Positions 42,157 to 57,325 of a stretch of 64,000 nt of DNA are shown here, piece by piece. The number at the start of each line of letters is the position of its first letter. The first letter of the stretch is position 1. Both the position numbers and the translations under genes were made by a program. The notes beneath the pieces are model-generated. The model was not told the DNA's origin, searched no databases, and was given only the letters and a program-made list of their open reading frames with translations. Origin of the DNA: Eledone cirrhosa (taxonomy: Eukaryota); contig OZ024750.1 in the NCBI GenBank assembly GCA_964016885.1, positions 26,908,001 through 26,972,000 of the forward strand, written 5' to 3'.

Positions 42157-42305
42157 ATATATATAAACAACTATCTGGTTGCGGAACCAACCAACCAACC
42201 AGAAATTTATAAGTTTGTAGATTTGTAAATTTGTAAATTTATGAATTTATAAATATATAATAAATTGAAGTGAAAGCAGCTGGTGCGTGTGTTTCTTATT
42301 GGCAA

Positions 42306-42505
42306 NNNNNNNNNNNNNNNNNNNNNNNNNNNNNNNNNNNNNNNNNNNNNNNNNNNNNNNNNNNNNNNNNNNNNNNNNNNNNNNNNNNNNNNNNNNNNNN
42401 NNNNNNNNNNNNNNNNNNNNNNNNNNNNNNNNNNNNNNNNNNNNNNNNNNNNNNNNNNNNNNNNNNNNNNNNNNNNNNNNNNNNNNNNNNNNNNNNNNNN
42501 NNNNN
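42306..42505. other. Assembly gap (200 N)
   Basis: Run of N. Confidence 1.
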
Positions 42506-42509
42506 CATC

Positions 42510-43560
42510 CACACGTACATACTTGCATACATACATAGATAGATACATAAATGCATATATACATACATGCATATATAAATACATACATAGATACATACAT
42601 ACATGCATATATATATATACATGCATATATAAATACATATATAGATACATAGATACATACATACATGCATATATACATACATGCATATATAAATACATAC
42701 ATAGATACATACATACATGCATATATACATACATGCATATATAAATACATACATAGATACATACATACATGCATATATACATACATGCATATATAAATAC
42801 ATACATAGATACATACATACATGCATATATACATACATGCATATATAAATACATACATAGATATATACATACATGCATATATACATACATGCATATATAA
42901 ATACATACATAGATACATACATGGTGGCTGCCAACTCGTTTTCGAGTACGGCCACTACTTTATATCCATGTAGGAGAACCCCTACCAATGCGCTGAACGA
43001 ATGTGACTTTTTAGTCCAGCCAGCGACTTGAAAACTCTGGTACAAACACTACACTTGTGACAAATATTGACACATAGTGCTGGGCCCATGGTACCATGTG
43101 ACGACAAGTGCAGAGAGATTTCCAGATATAAAGCAATGCCTGTGCCGTGAAGCTTTATAGTGAGCAAAGGCACTGCACAAAGCCAGTCCCACTCTCTTAA
43201 CCAAGATGATATTTACCAAAAAGAAGAACAAGTCAACATCATTGGATACCATCAGAGTTGCAGGTGTTACATCAGAGTTTTCCATACATAGATACATACA
43301 TACATGCATATATACATACATGCATATATAAATACATACATAGATACATACATACATGCATATATACATACATGCATATATAAATACATACATAGATACA
43401 TACATACATGCATATATACATACATGCATATATAAATACATACATAGATATATACATACATGCATATATACATACATGCATATATAAATACATACATAGA
43501 TACATACATACATGCATATATACATACATGCATATATAAATACATACATATATACATACA
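42510..43560. repeat. 48-bp minisatellite built from (ATAC) units, interrupted by an RTE fragment
   Basis: Unit atacatacatgcatatatacatacatgcatatataaatacatacatag. Confidence 0.85.
42922..43283 (-). mobile_element. RTE LINE 3' end with C2H2-like motif and (ATGT)n tail
   Basis: HKCSVCTRVFKSLAGLKSHIRSAH followed by a short 3' UTR. Confidence 0.65.
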
Positions 43561-43967
43561 TACATGCATGTATGCATACATACATACATGCATGTATGCA
43601 TACATATATACAGCCAGTCATATACACGTACATACATATATATATACATATACATCTATCCGTCCACATATACACGCGTACATACATACAAAGCTGGCCA
43701 TATAGATGTTTGCGCGTGTGTGTGTATATTGTGTGCATGGTAGTTTGTGTATGTATACACACTCACACGCCTGCACACTCACCACACACACGCCTGCACA
43801 CTCACACACACGCCTGCACACACACAGACTCACACATATTTATATATTTAATTATATGGCTGTCACAATATATATATACACACACACACATATATATATA
43901 TATTTATATATATATATATGTATGTATGTCTATATATGTATATATATATATATTACATATGTATATA

Positions 43968-44157
43968 TAATTGTTTCTACTTTTGGCACAAGGCCAGGAA
44001 ATTACCCGGTACATTACTGGTACTTTATTTTATCGACCCCGTAAGGATGGAAGGCAAAGTCAACCTCGGCGGGATTTGAACTCAGATCGTAAAGGGACGT
44101 AACTATGCTGCAAAGCATGGCGTCCGACCCTCTACCGATACTGCCAATCCACGGCCA
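43968..44157 (-). mobile_element. OK-like SINE, full length
   Basis: Closely matches 8774-8958. Confidence 0.9.
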
Positions 44158-44179
44158 CTATATATATGTATATATAATG

Positions 44180-44220
<41 letters not shown>

Positions 44221-44298
44221 CAAAAAACTTGTTGAGTGCTTTTATATCAGTTATAAAATATTTACTCGTTGTAACCCAACAATTTTAAATAAAACTTT

Positions 44299-44332
<34 letters not shown>

Positions 44333-44604
44333 GTAGGAGGTGAGTTTTATTGTAGTACAATAAAGCAATGCATATATCGGATAAGAAGCACTCTACAGTT
44401 TGTAGGACTGGAGTATGCATAATATAAGATCAAAAGATGGTTAAAGGAGTTCCATGTATTTTATTATGCGCATTTTAGCCTCCATATCATGTTCTCCTGT
44501 TTTATCTGATGAAAACACAAATATTATTGCATGATGATGTTTGTTTTTGAAATGCGCATAATAAAATACATGGAACTCCTTTAACCATCTTTTGATCTTA
44601 TATT
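44333..44604. mobile_element. Family C fold-back HHR element with a shorter inverted arm
   Basis: Homologous to 22089-22498 with a different inversion junction; flanked by (TA)n. Confidence 0.9.
44498..44568 (+). ncRNA. Type I hammerhead (family C)
   Basis: tgttttat-CTGATGA-stem II-GAAA-tgcgca-TA-ataaaata. Confidence 0.88.
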
Positions 44605-44610
44605 ATATAT

Positions 44611-44691
<81 letters not shown>

Positions 44692-44854
44692 TATATATGT
44701 ATATATAATAATCCAGACAACATTTTCCCTCTATTTCCTTCTATAAAGACTTAACCACTTTAAGGAGAAAACTTTACTTTCTTTCCTCTTCCTGTAACAA
44801 CAGATCTTACATGAAATATTCAGATATCCTAGTTACAACTATCAGGCTTGTTCC

Positions 44855-44916
<62 letters not shown>

Positions 44917-44929
44917 CTGCTTCTTACTC

Positions 44930-45127
44930 TCTCTCTCTCACTCACTCTCTCTTGCCACCACCACTCTCCCACCTCTCTCACGCTCTATGTCGCTTTCTGT
45001 CACTTTATCACTCTCTCTCAATCTCTCTCGCTCTCTCTCTCCGTCTCTCTCTCCCTCTCCGTCTCTCTCTCTCTCTCTCTCTCTCTCACCCTATCTCGCT
45101 TTCTCTCACTCTATCACGCTCTCTCAA

Positions 45128-45185
<58 letters not shown>

Positions 45186-45583
45186 CTCTCTCTCCCTCTC
45201 TCGCGCTCTCTCGTCCTATCTCACTTTCTCTCTCTCTCCCCCACTCTCTCTCACCCTATCTTTCTCGCCCTATCTCGCTTTCTCTCACTCTTTCTCTTTA
45301 TATCTCCATCCCTCTCACTCTTTCTCTCTCTACCTCCATCCCTCTCACTCATTCTCTCACTCTATCTCGCTCTCTCTATCTCTCGCTCTTTTTCACCCAA
45401 TCTAGCTGCTTTCTCTCACTCTATCTCGCTCTCTCTCTCTCTCTCTCCGACACCTCTCACTCTTTCTCTATCTCACTCTCTCTATTTCCGTCTCTCCCTC
45501 TCCCGCTCCCTCTCACCCTATCTCTTTCACCCTATCTAGTTTTCTCTCACTCTCTCTATCTCTCTCTATCTCCGTCTCTCTCT
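44930..45583. repeat. (CT)-rich polypyrimidine tract
   Basis: Direct inspection. Confidence 0.9.
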
Positions 45584-45707
45584 GTAATTAGATGTAACTA
45601 TGTATATATGTTATGACAGAGGCGAGGAGATGTATATAATGCTAAATGCATGTATTTGCATGTACTGCTCTACGTCCATATATATTAATAAAAGTGCATC
45701 TGTATTC

Positions 45708-45780
<73 letters not shown>

Positions 45781-45845
45781 TTATACTCTGCAATGTATTG
45801 AGTACCTTACAAACTGTGGTTACCTCCGATTCAACCCGGAATAAC

Positions 45846-46328
<483 letters not shown>

Positions 46329-47180
46329 TTATAAGAAAGTGATTAAGTTATGTACAGTCATGTGTGTGTGTATGTGGTGGGGGTGCTTACGTACACTCGT
46401 GTGTGTGTGGGTTGCTTATGTGCGTACTCGTGTGTGTGTGTGTGTGTGTGTGTATAGGTGTGCCTATGTGCACTGGTGTGTGTTTAGGTGTACTTATGTG
46501 CACTCATGTGTGTGCAGGGATGCTTATGTGCCCTCGTGTGTGCGTATGTTCTATATCCTTTGAAGGTCTCTATAGACAATTTCTAAGTGATATTATGCAA
46601 CCTTTCTTGGGGTTAGCACCGGTTTCTCGTAATAATCTTTGTCTTAGATGGTGCAATAATTAAACGATGGCTGAAAGTACGTTTCATCACAACCAGTCCT
46701 CTTTACAATATCAATATTCGACTGACTATGTTAAAAGAACCAAAGATCGGAGATAAACCTATCATCCCGTGTTGATATGTTGTACGAATATGAAGGGAAG
46801 AAACCTTCTCTAAATGGGTGTAAAATGAAAATATTTCAGTAAAACGTAGAACAAGTTAATGAATGTTGAGGATGTTAAGTACAGTGATTCAGTCTACTGC
46901 AATGAAAGATGGTTACAATAAGGTATTTTCTGAAATGGAAACAAAATGTGAAAATTTCCATCTTTGTATTTCGATAGACTTTGCAGGATTTGGAGATTTT
47001 CGGAGGTGCACAGCCTGCATCTCCTGGATTCGATAAAATAGGTTTCAAACTCACTCATTGCACACACACACACATACGCACACGCACGCACACACACACT
47101 ATCTCTCTCTCTTTCTCACACACACATACAAGAGGAAACGTGCTCAATACCAAAGTAGAGAATATTATATATTTATTATA

Positions 47181-47365
47181 TTGGCGGTGAATTGGCAGTA
47201 TCGGTAGAGGGTCGGACGCCATGCTTTGACGCATAGAGTTACGGCCCTTGCCATTCTGAGTTCAAATCCCGTCGAGGTTAACTTTGCCTGTCATCCTTAC
47301 GGGGTCGATAAAATAAAGTACCAGTAATACACTGGGCAATTGCTGGCCTTGTAGAAACAATTATA
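47181..47365 (+). mobile_element. OK-like SINE
   Basis: ggcggtgaattggcagtatcggtagag...gagttcaaatcc. Confidence 0.9.
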
Positions 47366-47518
47366 TATTTATTAGAGAAACAATTATATATTTATTATAT
47401 TACTGAGATTACTCTCTCAGTGGCAACCCGCGAAACTCGAAGAAACAACAGAAAGTACTCTCACTAGTATCATATAACATACAAACACACAGACACACGC
47501 ACATACACACAGACACAT

Positions 47519-47563
<45 letters not shown>

Positions 47564-47564
<1 letters not shown>

Positions 47565-47670
47565 ACACAAATCAATATATTTGATAAACACAAATATCCT
47601 CATATTTATGTTTGTATTGTAAACATAAATATGAGGATATTTGTGTTTATCAAATATATTGATTTGTGTT
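47564..47670. repeat. Near-perfect palindrome with about 50-bp arms
   Basis: aacacaaatcaatatatttgataaacacaaatatcctcatatttatgttt is inverted after a short loop. Confidence 0.9.
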
Positions 47671-47952
47671 AACCTATATACCACGGCTCAGAAATACTCT
47701 TTCTTTGAGCTATTTCATTGTAAATGATCGCCTGAGATTTGAACTCATTATTATTGATTATATATAAACATATATACTAAAGCAGATGTATTTAAAACAT
47801 TCGAACATTATAAAATTTATTGAAGAGGAAAGTGAAAATGATTTCGAAGTTTCAGTTTGTAGAAAACCTGGACGTCCTCGCCACCTCCGCTTTACCAATT
47901 CTACCACAATAACAACTACAACAACTACAATAACAGAAACATCAAGAGAACA

Positions 47953-47985
47953 AGTGGTAGTATTAGTAGTGGTAGTAGTAGCAAC

Positions 47986-48068
<83 letters not shown>

Positions 48069-48100
48069 TAGTAGTAGCAGGAGCAGCATCAGTAGTGGTC

Positions 48101-48160
<60 letters not shown>

Positions 48161-48266
48161 ATAGCAGTAGCAGCAGCATTAGAAGTAGAAGTAGTAGCAG
48201 TAGTAGTAGTAGCAGTAGTAGTAGTAGCAGTGAAAGCAGCAGTAGTAGTAGTAGCAGCAACACCAC

Positions 48267-48311
<45 letters not shown>

Positions 48312-48340
48312 CAGCAGCAGCAGCAACAGCAGCAGGAGCA
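47953..48340. repeat. (GTA)n/(GCA)n trinucleotide repeat
   Basis: Direct inspection. Confidence 0.95.
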
Positions 48341-48499
48341 ACAATGTCAAATAACAAGTGAAATAGAAGAAAAAAAAATGAGAGAAAAAATAAGGTTAAG
48401 AAAAGGCAATGTGATAAATCGAGCGTGGATTGGTGGAGTGGTTGATGGCGTGATGAGGAAATTTACTGAGAACAACCTGTCTATGTATGTATATGTGGT

Positions 48500-50080
48500 T
48501 GTGTCTGTGTGTCTGTGTGAGAGGGTCTCTGTGTGTCTATGTTTGTGTGAGGGTTTGTGTGTCTGTGTGTGAGGGTCTCGGTGTGTCTGTGTCTGTGTGA
48601 GGGTCTCTGTGTGTCTGTGTCTGTGTGAGGGTTTGTGTGTCTGTGTGAGAGGGTCTCTGTGTGTCTATGTTTGTGTGAGGGTTTGTGTGTCTGTGTGAGA
48701 GGGTCTCGGTGTGTCTGTGTCTGTGTGAGGGTTTGTGTGCCTGTGTGTGAGGGTCTCTGTGTGTCTGTGTGAGGGTTTGTGTGTCTGTGTGAGAGGGTTT
48801 GTGTGTCTGTGTCTGTGTGAGGGTCTCTGTGTGTCTGTGTTAGGGTTTGTGTGTCTGTGCGTGAGGGTCTCGGTGTGTCTGTGTCTGTGTGGGGGTTTGT
48901 GTGCCTGTGTGTGAGGGTCTCGGTGTGTCTGTGTCTGTGTGAGGATTTGTGTGTCTGTGTGAGAGGGTCTCTGTGTGTCTATGTTTGTGTGAGAGTTTGT
49001 GTGTCTGTGTGTGAGGGTCTCGGTGTGTCTGTGTCTGTGTGAGGGTTTGTGTGTGTGTGAGGGTCTCGGTGTGTCTGTGTCTGTGTGAGGGTTTGTGTGT
49101 CTGTGTGTGAGGGTTTCGGTGTGTCTGTGTCTGTGTGAGGGTTTGTGTGTCTGTGTGTGAGGGTCTCTGTGTGTCTGTGTCTGTGTGAGAGTTTGTGTGT
49201 CTGTGTGTGAGGGTCTCTGTGTGTCTGTGTCTGTGTGAGGGTTTGTGTGTCTGTGTGTGAGGGTCTCTGTGTGTCTGTGTATGTGTGAGGGTTTGTGTGT
49301 CTGTGTGTGAGGGTTTCGGTGTGTCTGTGTCTGTGTGAGGGTTTGTGTGTCTGTGTGTGAGGGTCTCTGTGTGTCTGTGTCTGTGTGAGAGTTTGTGTGT
49401 CTGTGTGTGAGGGTCTCTGTGTGAGGGTCTCTGTGTGTCTGTGTCTGTGTGAGGGTTTGTGTGTCTGTGTGTGAGGATCTCGGTGTGTCTGTGTCTGTGT
49501 GAGGGTTTGTGTGTCTGTGTGTGAGGGTCTCGGTGTGTCTGTGTCTGTGTGAGGGTTTGTGTGTCTGTGTGTGAGGGTCTCGGTGTGTCTGTGTCTGTGT
49601 GAGGGTCTCTGTGTGTCTATGTCTGTGTGGGAGTTTGTGTCTGTGTGTGAGGGTCTCTGTGTGTCTGTGTCTGTGTGAGGGTTTGTGTGTCTGTGTGTGA
49701 GGGTCTCGGTGTGTCTGTGTCTGTGTGAGGGTTTGTGTGTCTGTGTGTGAGGGTCTCTGTGTGTCTGTGTGAGGGTTTGTGTGTCTGTGTGTGAGGGTCT
49801 CGGTGTGTCTGTGTCTGTGTGAGGGTTTGTGTGTGTGTGTGTGTGTGTGTGAGGGTCTCGGTGCGTCTGTGTCTGTGTGAGGGTTTGTGTGTCTGTGTGT
49901 GAGGGTCTCGGTGTGTCTGTGTCTGTGTGAGGGTTTGTGTGAGGGTCTCGGTGCGTCTGTGTCTGTGTGAGGGTTTGTGTGTCTGTGTGTGAGGGTCTCT
50001 GTGTGTCTGTGTCTGTGTGAGGGTTTGTGTGTGTCTGTGTGAGTGTCTCTGTGTGTCTGTGTGAGGGTTTGTGTGTGTGT
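48500..50080. repeat. About 50-bp GT-rich minisatellite, roughly 30 units
   Basis: Unit gagggtttgtgtgtctgtgtgt plus gagggtctcggtgtgtctgtgtctgtgt. Confidence 0.92.
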
Positions 50081-50284
50081 GCGTGTGGGGGGGGTGTGAG
50101 TGTCTGTGAGAGTCTGTATAACTCTGTATATGTGAGGGTGTGTGTGTGTGTCTGTGAGTATCTGTTTGTGTGTGTGTGTGTGTGAGGGCTTGTGTATGTG
50201 TGTGTATGTGAGGGCATATTTGTATAAGTGCATGTCTGCGTGTAGTATATGCATGTGAATATATTTAAATATATATATGTATAA

Positions 50285-50366
<82 letters not shown>

Positions 50367-51240
50367 ATGTGTCTGTATATATATATATATATGTGAGTGT
50401 GTGCGTGTACATGGATGTATGTATGCATGTGTTTTTGTGAACATGTATGTATGTATATACACACACATATACATACATACATGTGTATATATGTGTGTAT
50501 GGCGATGAGGGAGGGTGGTGTTATACACCCCGGACAGAGAACCTGCTTAAAACACTCGTCAGTATTCAGTATAGATAGTATGAGAGATGGAGGGGGGGTG
50601 CTGTTTTTGTGAGTGGTGGTGGTAGGGTGGGGTGGGGGAGGGTGGAGTTGTTGTGGATGGTTGGGGCCGGTGTGTCGGGGGAGTGGGGCTGGTGTTGTGA
50701 GTGGTGGTAGGGTGGAGTTGTTGTGGATAGTTGGAGCCGGTGGCTGGGGGACTGTTGTTGTGCATGATGGTGGGGAGTTGGGCGAGGTGTGGGGGGTCAG
50801 TGTCGTCAAAGCAGCAAAGGTTTTGGCGGGAAGATTGCGAGTTAGTCTTTTTACACATACTCACTTATACTACACACGCACACATACATACATACATATA
50901 TATATATATACATACATACATACAAATGTACATACATACAAACATATATACATACTTACATACATACAGACATACATATATACATACATACATACATACT
51001 TTCATGCATACATATGTACATATATACACACTTACATACATACATACATGCTTCCATGCATGCATATGTAAATATATACATACATATATACATACATACA
51101 TACTTCCATGCATACATATGTAAATATATATATACATATATACATACATACTTCCATGCATACATATGTACATATATACTTACTTACATACATACTCTAA
51201 TGCATGCATACATATGCACTTATATACATACATACATACA

Positions 51241-51271
<31 letters not shown>

Positions 51272-51351
51272 GTAGATATATACATACATGCATACGTGTT
51301 TGCATACATTTCATATGTACATACATGCAGGCAGGGACATATGCATACATC

Positions 51352-51409
<58 letters not shown>

Positions 51410-51494
51410 CACACACATATATATATGCATGCACAGTTACGCGCATACATGCATACAAACATATATGCGTACATACATGCAAATATTCTTACTT

Positions 51495-51700
51495 AAGGAT
51501 TGGCAGTATCGGTAGAGGGTCGGACGCCATGCTTTTCAGCATAGAGTTACGGCCCTTTATGATCTGAGTTCAAATCCCGCCGAAGTTAGCTTTGCTTTTC
51601 ATCCTACGGGGTCGATATAATAAAGTACCAGTCATGAGCTGGGGTCGTTCCAATCGACTTTCCCCTCCCCCAAAATTGCTGGCCTTGAGCCTAAATAAGA
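51495..51700 (+). mobile_element. OK-like SINE
   Basis: aaggattggcagtatcggtagag...gtaccagtcatgagctggggtcg. Confidence 0.88.
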
Positions 51701-51960
51701 AACCATTCTTACATAAGGAGACATACATATATATAATGTATATATGCGTACGCGCATGCATACATACCTACGTACACATAGATTTATACCTAGATTTATT
51801 CACACATATGTACATACATATATGCATGCATGCATACGTTCACACATACATACTTACATATGTACGTGCATGCATATACATACATATATCTACATGCATG
51901 TATATGCTTGCATGCATACACATACATGCATACATACATACTTACATTCATATACATACA

Positions 51961-51994
<34 letters not shown>

Positions 51995-52212
51995 CATTAT
52001 ACATACATGCGTTAAGATACCACGTATACACTCATAAACATATATATACACACATTTCTACACGTCCCCTTTTTCTCAATATAAACTGTTTAACCCTTTC
52101 TCTCTCACTTCTCTCTCTCCTCCTCTCTCACATTTACACTATCACTGATGAAAAAACTTTAAAACAACACATATCATTCTTCACATATATATATATATAC
52201 ATATATGTAATG

Positions 52213-52323
<111 letters not shown>

Positions 52324-52369
52324 TATATATATAAGCATATATATATATATGTTTATAGGTATAAGCATG

Positions 52370-52414
<45 letters not shown>

Positions 52415-52447
52415 TTATATATATAAGCATGTATATATATATATAAG

Positions 52448-52479
<32 letters not shown>

Positions 52480-52868
52480 CATAAGTATATAAATATATAT
52501 ATATATATATACGTATCTTTCTCCTCTATTTTCCTTATCTTTCTTTCTCTCCCTTTCCTTATCTCTCTTTCTCCTCACCTCTCTCTCCTCACCTCTCTCT
52601 CTCTCTCTCTCTCTCCCTCTCTCCTTATCTCTCTCTCTCTCTCTCCTTATCTCTCTCTCCCCATTTCTCTTTCACTCATTATCTCTCGCAAACATTAACG
52701 ATAACTACGAAACAACAACAAAAATATAAAACAACATAAAAAGACACCTCACCACAAACCATTCTCTCTCACACATATTCTCTATCTCTAAGGGTGATGG
52801 TGTTTACACACACACACACACACATACACACACACACATATATATATACACTTATATATATATCTATA

Positions 52869-52906
<38 letters not shown>

Positions 52907-52992
52907 CATACACAAATATTTACACTCTTTAACTCTTTGGCTGTGTGCAATTGTGTTTATGTGTATGTGTGCATGCGTAATTGCGTGTGTAC

Positions 52993-53050
<58 letters not shown>

Positions 53051-53327
53051 ATATCTATATTTATGTATGTATGTATATATATATATATTTATATATACAC
53101 ATTAACACACTCTCTCACCCTCTACAGATCTTGGTGGTATGTTATTATTTTACACAATTTCTCCAACTATACGTTGCTCTTTTTATATTGACCCTAAATT
53201 TTTACCATTGCAAGCCCCTCTCGAATTTACTGTATATTACACCCCCCCCCACACACACACAAATATATATATAGTGTGTGTGTGTGTGTGTGCATGTAAA
53301 CAAATATATGAAATATAAATCATACCA

Positions 53328-53373
<46 letters not shown>

Positions 53374-53753
53374 GAATAATCGAGAATCGGAATATCAGCC
53401 CACGAAATCACGATAAACAATATCCGATATATGTGGCAGAGAGCTCAATAATTTGGAAAAATCAGAGCTATAACTATCGTTAAAGTACCAACACATAGAG
53501 GTCATGCCTAAAATCACCCATGCAGCCGAAAATAAACGACCAGGAAGATTAGGGTCACTCAAATAAAATATCAATAAATTAATAAATTAAATGAATGTAA
53601 AACTTACCCGGACCCGCTAGAATGATGTTAAATCTAGCTTCTTGGGTTTCTGCAATTCCTTAATCTAACACCATCAGCCCAATAAAAGATATATAAGGCT
53701 TATTGAGAAGAGAGGAACAAGGAAAGCTTATCAACGAGTCTTTAGTTCCAGAG

Positions 53754-53800
<47 letters not shown>

Positions 53801-53805
<5 letters not shown>

Positions 53806-53939
53806 ATGGACATACGAGCTGAGGATCCGTTAAGGTGAAACAATTGTTCTCGATGTGGTGAACTAACTGTTGTGTAACCACTTCTACCTAACTCTACTGA
53901 GTGCTCTACCACTACGGATGTTACCTTCCAGTGTTCTAC

Positions 53940-53945
<6 letters not shown>
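53801..53945 (+). mobile_element. Solo family A pLTR 3' end with HHR, in (TA)n
   Basis: Homologous to the reverse complement of 4172-4310. Confidence 0.88.
53815..53852 (+). ncRNA. Minimal type I hammerhead (family A), intact core
   Basis: cgag-CTGAGGA-t cc gttaa gg t-GAAA-caattg-TT-ctcg. Confidence 0.85.
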
Positions 53946-53982
<37 letters not shown>

Positions 53983-54127
53983 ATATTAATTGTTTCTACT
54001 TTTGGCACAAGGCCAGCAATTACCCAGTACATTACTGGTGCTTTATTTTATCGACCCCATGATGATGATGAACAATCCCGCACCAAGTGGAACAAAACCG
54101 TCTAACCCATGCTTGCGTGGAAGATGG

Positions 54128-54336
54128 AATATATTAATAAATGGAAAGTATATTTATAAAACCATAATTTACCTTGGTCGCCCTTGAAATATGTATAATA
54201 AAATAATTATGGTTTTATAAATATAGTTTCCATTTATTAATATATTGTATATTTACTCCACTAACTTGTTGAGTGCTTTATATCAGTTATAAAAATGTTT
54301 AAGCTTGTTGAATCCCAACAAATTAAATATAACCTC

Positions 54337-54338
<2 letters not shown>
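54128..54338. repeat. Inverted repeat (54128-54246) plus a tail shared with 44225-44298
   Basis: About 43-bp arms; tail aacttgttgagtgcttt..atatcagttataaaa occurs twice in the window. Confidence 0.75.
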
Positions 54339-54415
<77 letters not shown>

Positions 54416-54469
54416 CGGCGATGAATTAGTTTTGCGAGGTTTTTTATATGAAATCGTGTGTCGAAACAG

Positions 54470-54985
<516 letters not shown>

Positions 54986-55242
54986 GTGTATATGTATGTA
55001 TGTATATACATGCACACACACACATATATATCCCATACCCACATGTATCTACATATTTATATACTTTTACTCTAAGCGAAACTAGTCGTTCTGTTGTTTG
55101 ATTTAATCTGTGATTTAACAATAAGATCTCCTTATTTACACAGCGAGGCTAAATATATGTTTATTTAACGTATGTATGTATGTAAACATATTTCTAATCT
55201 CTACCAACACACATTTACTATCTCAATACATTATTTAATATA

Positions 55243-55345
55243 CCGAGGTTAACTTTGCCTTTCATCCTTACGGGGTCGATCAAACAAAGTACCAGTAATG
55301 CATTGGGTTATTTGCTGGCCTTGTGCCTAAAAGCAGACACAATTA
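55243..55345 (+). mobile_element. OK-like SINE 3' part
   Basis: ccgaggttaactttgcctttcatccttacggggtcgat. Confidence 0.8.
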
Positions 55346-55371
55346 CTTAATATACCACGTCAACAAATGTA

Positions 55372-55525
55372 GAGTACGAGCAAGGTGGTTAGATAACATC
55401 CATGAGCTTGGCTGAACTCGCTCGGGGATCAAGCCGGATCAGTTGGAGTTGGTTGCTTCTGACAGGACCCGCTGGAGGAAGTGTTTGGGGACTCTGCTTC
55501 CACACGACCTTCTCAGGAATAAGTG
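55372..55525 (+). mobile_element. RTE LINE C-terminal fragment
   Basis: RARWLDNI..GI..QLELVASDRTRWR. Confidence 0.55.
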
Positions 55526-56355
55526 GTGGAGGGAGGGGGAGATTGAAAAGGAAAATAAGATAATGTAGTGATGATCAAATAAGTAAAAAACGGCGGTCAT
55601 TACCTATACTATTTTTACATAAGTAATTGTGACCTGTCCCTCCCCACCTCCTTAAATCTGGCAGCACTTCATAGAGGAACGGAAGATTATCAAATACCTG
55701 ACAATAACGGGCAGATTACATTTTGTACGGGTCACTGTTAAGACCTCAATACTCGGCTCCTGCTGTTTTTCACCGCCAAATCAGGAGGAAGGTGTGATGG
55801 CTGATGCAGTGGACACTGTTGACTTTGGCTGTTCTTTGTGCCAACGCATTTACCATAATTTCTTCAGGTTGCAGTTGAAATATATTGTCCAACCAACGAT
55901 GCAGACTTTGTATCACAACCCATTTTTGTTCTTTCTCCCCCTCTCCACGCTAATGTTAGCTTTGCCTTTCATCCATTCGTACTGGGGTCGATTTAATCAA
56001 CTTTCTCCTTCCCTTTAAATTACTGGCCTTGTGCCAAATATTGAAGCTATTTTTGAATCAAACCAAAACGATTAAAAAATGGGGTGAAGATGGCTACACG
56101 CAAGGGCGAGCCCTGTGTGTCGGAGTGGCTATTCCAGAACGTTTCACTCGCTATCCTCTGGGGCAAGGTCTTCTCCATTCTCTCTGCCGGGACCATGAGG
56201 TGGACTAACCCTTAAACATGGAGTAGTAAATACAGATCTCTCTCTCTCCATCCCCCTGTCTCTCTCAACCTCTCTTCCTATGTCTCTCTCTCTCTCTTTC
56301 AATCCCTATGTCTCTCTCTCTCTTTCCATCCCTATGTCTCTCTCTCCCCCTATGC

Positions 56356-56406
<51 letters not shown>

Positions 56407-56944
56407 TCTCTCTCACTCTCTCTCTCTCTCTCACACACACAATCACATTCGCATACACAACCCAGAGTAAACAGTTATAAAACTCAAGATCTGAGAGATA
56501 AAAACTAAAAAAAAAAAATTATATATCTCTCTGTCATATCTCCAAGTTTGTGTGCAAATTAAACTTTGCACCGAGCACAGCGAATCACATGTGCAGAAAA
56601 CATGGTCGACAGTTATTTTACAGTCGAATTTTCATCACATCTCTGACACCAATTGTCATCATTCTATCACTCATTTCCATTTTCTTCTCGATTTCCAACT
56701 AACTTTTGTTCTAATTTTATTCTTTACATTATTTTACGTATTTCATGGCTTCTTTTTTTATTTTTATCATTATTCTACAGCAATCTCTCACTACTGAATA
56801 CTTATTCACCATATGGTACAACTGTATATACTAGCCGTGGCACTGTGTGTGACAGCTCCCACCTTTGCAGAGGTTTAGCTGGCCTCCTCCAAGGTATATC
56901 TCGTTGGAGGTCTCTTGGGTAATTTAATGATAGGGACCCCAGTC

Positions 56945-57080
56945 CTATCATCTCATTTCTACAGCTGAGTAAAATGGAGCAACGTGAAATAAAGTGTCTT
57001 GCTCAAGGAAACAACACATCACCCGGTCCGAGAATTGAACTCACAACCTTTCGATTGCAAGCCCAATGCTCTAATCAGAC
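56945..57080 (-). mobile_element. tRNA-derived SINE of a third family
   Basis: acagctgagt..ggagcaacgtgaaataaagtgtcttgctcaagg..gagaattgaactc (B-box on the minus strand). Confidence 0.7.
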
Positions 57081-57089
57081 ACTGGTCAT

Positions 57090-57167
57090 AATCACCACCA
57101 CAACAATCATCATCGTCGTCGCCATTATAATCATCATCACCACCACCATCATCATCATTATCACCAC

Positions 57168-57220
<53 letters not shown>

Positions 57221-57278
57221 CCACCACCACCATTACCACCACCACCACCACCACCACCACCACCACCATCATCATCAT

Positions 57279-57315
<37 letters not shown>

Positions 57316-57325
57316 AACAGCACCA
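57090..57325. repeat. (CAT)n/(CAC)n repeat
   Basis: Direct inspection. Confidence 0.9.

Noticed and set aside
39853-42300. Selenoprotein recoding as reported for some Naiad elements
   Set aside because: No in-frame TGA in the ORF, and no SECIS recognisable by eye
47181-47290. tRNA gene
   Set aside because: A and B boxes belong to SINE heads; no cloverleaf
48665-50809. 714-aa and 499-aa His/Thr-rich ORFs
   Set aside because: The 50-bp unit is not a multiple of 3 and several frames are open; a minisatellite artefact
55690-55930. Possible hAT/BED transposase remnant on the minus strand
   Set aside because: Similarity too weak and fragmented to support without a search
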